From Azolla caroliniana (taxonomy: Eukaryota > Plantae > Polypodiophyta), in NCBI GenBank assembly GCA_043228905.1, contig JBHGNT010001110.1:1-11978 (forward strand): DNA of 11,978 nucleotides, read 5' to 3'. The notes below the pieces were generated by a model that had not been told where the DNA came from, ran no database searches, and was given only the letters and a program-made list of their open reading frames with translations. Each line of letters opens with the position of its first letter. The first letter of the stretch is position 1. The position numbers and the translations under genes are program-made. Below are positions 9,288 to 11,978 of this stretch, piece by piece.

Positions 9288-10797
9288 ATGTTCAAGCTCA
9301 CCGGCTCCAACTATTCCGTGTGGAAGTCGAAGATGAGGGACATGCTCGTGGTTAAAGATCTTTGGTTTCCGGTTCAGTTTGGGGACTAGAGACCGGACAA
9401 AATCGACGCCATGATATGGGAGGTGATGCATATGAAGACAACAACGTACATACGGTGCTTCATCGACATGAGCCTATACAACAACTTCAATGAAGAGAGC
9501 AAGGCTCATGAGCTCTGGGAGAAGATCGACATTATGTTTCAGAACAAAAATGCTGTTAACCAAGTTTCGGTATTCCGGAAGCTAGTAAGACTCCGGTACC
9601 AAGATGGCTCCAACATGGCGGAGCACATGAATGCCTTCCAGGGGCTGATACACCAGGCAACATCATTGGAAGTACCTCTCGCCGATGAGGTACTAGCGCT
9701 ACTCCTGCTCGGTTCCCTCTCGGATAGCTGGGAGACGTTGGTTGTCACTTTGGGCAACGCTGGGCCGGAAGGGAAACGGTTATCCCGAGCAAGAGTGAAG
9801 TCGAGCTTGCTAGATGAGGAGGCGCGTCGGAAAGATAAGGATACGAGCTCCGATGCCAAAGCGCTCCTTGCCGAATCGGAACGCGGAAGACAAAGAAACC
9901 GTAGTCCCTAGAACCAGGAAAAGTCGGGGACACGGTCAAAGTCAAGGGGGAGGCCTACTTGCTTCTATTGCGGCAAGCCGGGACACTTCCAGAAGAACTG
10001 TTGGCATTTCCGGAAAGACAAGGAAACTGACAGTACCGATTCAAAGCGGACATCGGACCAAAACGGTAAAGACCGGAGGGGGCCGGACCGGAAGGGAACA
10101 ACGGCAATCGCGACAAGTGAAGAAGAGTTGATGCTCATCACCGAGGAGAGTGAGCTAAACCTTGCCGGTGACGAGATGACCTGGGTGGTCGACTCCGGAG
10201 CGTCGTTCCACCTTACCCCGGACCGGAAATGCTTCTCATCCTACTCAGCCGGTGATCACGGCTGTGTCCGGATGGGGAATGAAGGTACATGCCGAATTGT
10301 CGGCATAGGAGACGTGTGGCTGACAACACCAACCGGATGCAAGATGCTGCTGAAGGATGTCCGACACGTTCCAAGGGTTCGACTGAACCTGATATCAGCC
10401 GGTCGGCTAGATGATGAAGGCTACACGGGTAGCATCCGGAATGGTGTTATGAAGTTTAGCAAAGGGAGCCTGATTGTGGCTCGGGCCCGGAAGGTCAACA
10501 CACTGTACCTGATGAATGCCCGGTTATGTCCAGAGGAAGTGAACGTAGCATCCGACACTGCCGGTGAGCTCTGGCACAAGGGGCTGTGTCACATGAGCGA
10601 GAAGGGGATGAAGAGGCTTGCAGAAGACAACCTCATTCCAATGAAGAACGTGCACTTGGAGAAGTGCACTGATTGTCTGGCTGGTAAACAAAACCGGACC
10701 TCCTTCCGATCAAGGCCACCGATGAGACGTAATGCACCACTGGAGTTGGTGCATACTGATGTATGTCAAGTGGACACAGAGTCACATGCCGGAGCGC
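9288..10797 (+). pseudogene. Copia element 3 (Tnt1/Tork-like) gag-protease-integrase N-terminus, interrupted at 10797
   Basis: A single frame with only two TAG stops (9387, 9909): MFKLTGSNYSVWKSKMRDML, LLLLGSLSDSWETLVVTL, zinc knuckle CFYCGKPGHFQKNC (9960-10001), protease WVVDSGASFH, LKDVRHVP..RLNLISAGRLDDEGY, LWHKGLCHMSEKG..CTDCLAGKQ, LELVHTDVC..SHAGA, then loss of homology. Confidence 0.95.
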
Positions 10798-10930
10798 TGT
10801 CGCATTGTTACACGCGTGCGTGGAGAAAGGCGGGACCACGGGGGTCTTGGACTAGAGAGTGATGGAGCGTAGGAAGTCGTGCTTCCCTGTTTCTGGGGCA
10901 TCCCAAAAACACACCAGAAGCAAGCGAAGG

Positions 10931-10970
10931 GAGAGAGAGAGAGAGAGCGTGCTTAACACCGACTCGCGCG

Positions 10971-11014
<44 letters not shown>
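10931..11014 (+). repeat. Microsatellite cluster (GA)8, (CG)7(CA)18
   Basis: Read directly: GA 10931-10946, CG 10965-10978, CA 10979-11014. Confidence 0.95.
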
Positions 11015-11015
<1 letters not shown>

Positions 11016-11273
11016 CCAGCTCGACTCACGCCTTATGTACAGAAAACTCAGGAAAGGGTAAGCACCCGACGCCAACAACGACGCGAATATACACAGACGA
11101 ACGTATATATATATGTAAAGGGTAGAATACATTCCCGGCTTCGAGCCGGACTGAGGTAGGTTACAGTAGTCGTCTGCTGCCAAGCCGCCGTTGGGGAGCT
11201 CACGGGCTCGTCGCGCCGAGCGGGGTCTTGTGCAGGAGATGAGTTGAAGCAAACCCTAAGCGAACACGAAGGA

Positions 11274-11294
11274 GAAGAAGAAGAAGAAGAAGAA
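11274..11294 (+). repeat. (GAA)7 microsatellite
   Basis: Read directly. Confidence 0.9.
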
Positions 11295-11978
11295 AACTAA
11301 CCCTAAACCTAGCGGTATACCCTCTAATGCAAAATGGGCAACCCTTACACAAAGGGCGTTCCCCTCCTTTTATAGAACAAGGAGAGGGATGTGTTACAAT
11401 GTGGGACAAATCCCGATTTACATGGGATCGTTTGTCTCGACTTGACTACTCTTTGGCGCCATAAAGGCGCCCTCGATATTCACACTAAATGTACACGGGT
11501 GCATACACACGCTGCACCTTGCCGATGTAGCCAATGTTTCCCGGTTTCCGCCTCTGGCCGAAATTCTTCACGACATCCGCCCCCACCTAACCGCACATTC
11601 ACCGGTATGTGCCAAGTCCGGTTGAAGGGTGAGAGATTTCGGCCGTTGAGAAACCGGTCTTCCGTGATCCGCATCCCGGCTCGCTGCCGGTTTGATCCGT
11701 CGGCTTCGAGTCTTCCTTCGCGCTCGCCTCCCTGTAGGCTCGTTCGACCCGGCGATGGGTCCTCTGCCGCGATCTCCGTAGTACGCGCACTTCCATTGGC
11801 CCTCGTTCGGCCGCATGAACGCCCCGCTTCCCGCCGTATGCCCGATGTCCTCCGTTTGAGGAATGCCCGTAGCGGCCCTCTTGGCCTGCGTTGATCATTC
11901 GCGTCGTCCTGATTGCCGTCCCATGTCGTTTCGCGTTGCCCTTGTCCTCTCGCCGCCACCTTCCTTCTCCATGGTCTT

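Larger units (their letters stand above)
10798..11978 (-). mobile_element. Probable nested LTR (minus strand) of a fourth retroelement inserted in the element-3 integrase; runs off the window
   Basis: TG at 10798 (CA end on the minus strand; 10806 is an alternative) falls exactly where integrase homology stops. Minus-strand TATAAAA at 11368-11374, with telo-boxes and microsatellites downstream and a GC-rich U3-like region upstream. No coding domains, so the superfamily is unassigned. Confidence 0.6.

Noticed and set aside
11251-11311. Interstitial telomere array
   Set aside because: Only isolated CCCTAA(A) units, not tandem.
11454-11471. TGGCGCC as a gypsy PBS / GGCGCC pair
   Set aside because: Not preceded by an LTR CA end, the tRNA match does not extend, and no gag follows.
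11391-11959. Long ORFs on both strands (167 aa +, 159 aa -)
   Set aside because: Arg/Gly/Pro-rich products of GC-rich DNA with no recognisable domain; overlapping open frames are expected at this composition.

Overview
Land-plant nuclear DNA with no prokaryotic features. From left to right: (1) a degenerate Ty1/copia reverse-transcriptase fragment and a probable LTR remnant (1-1337), lying 31 nt upstream of a splice acceptor; (2) the last five intact exons of an M1-family puromycin-sensitive aminopeptidase gene (APM1-like, 1369-2535); (3) an old, heavily mutated copia element (LTR, PBS, gag-protease-integrase; ~3376-5542); (4) a ~2.85 kb satellite array (5544-8390) with 175/178/189-bp monomer variants, dimeric higher-order structure and an internal strand switch; (5) a younger Tnt1/Tork-like copia element (LTR ~8391-9235, perfect Met-tRNA PBS, gag-pol to 10797) that is unusually rich in CCGG, with a 5-bp-phased CCGG array in its LTR; (6) a probable minus-strand LTR nested in that element's integrase (10798 to window end), carrying (GA)n, (CG)7(CA)18, (GAA)7 and telo-boxes. 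The species cannot be determined from the sequence. A large-genome non-flowering plant such as a fern is only an unverified impression. I see no convincing new protein system. The most unusual signals are the satellite architecture and the CCGG bias.
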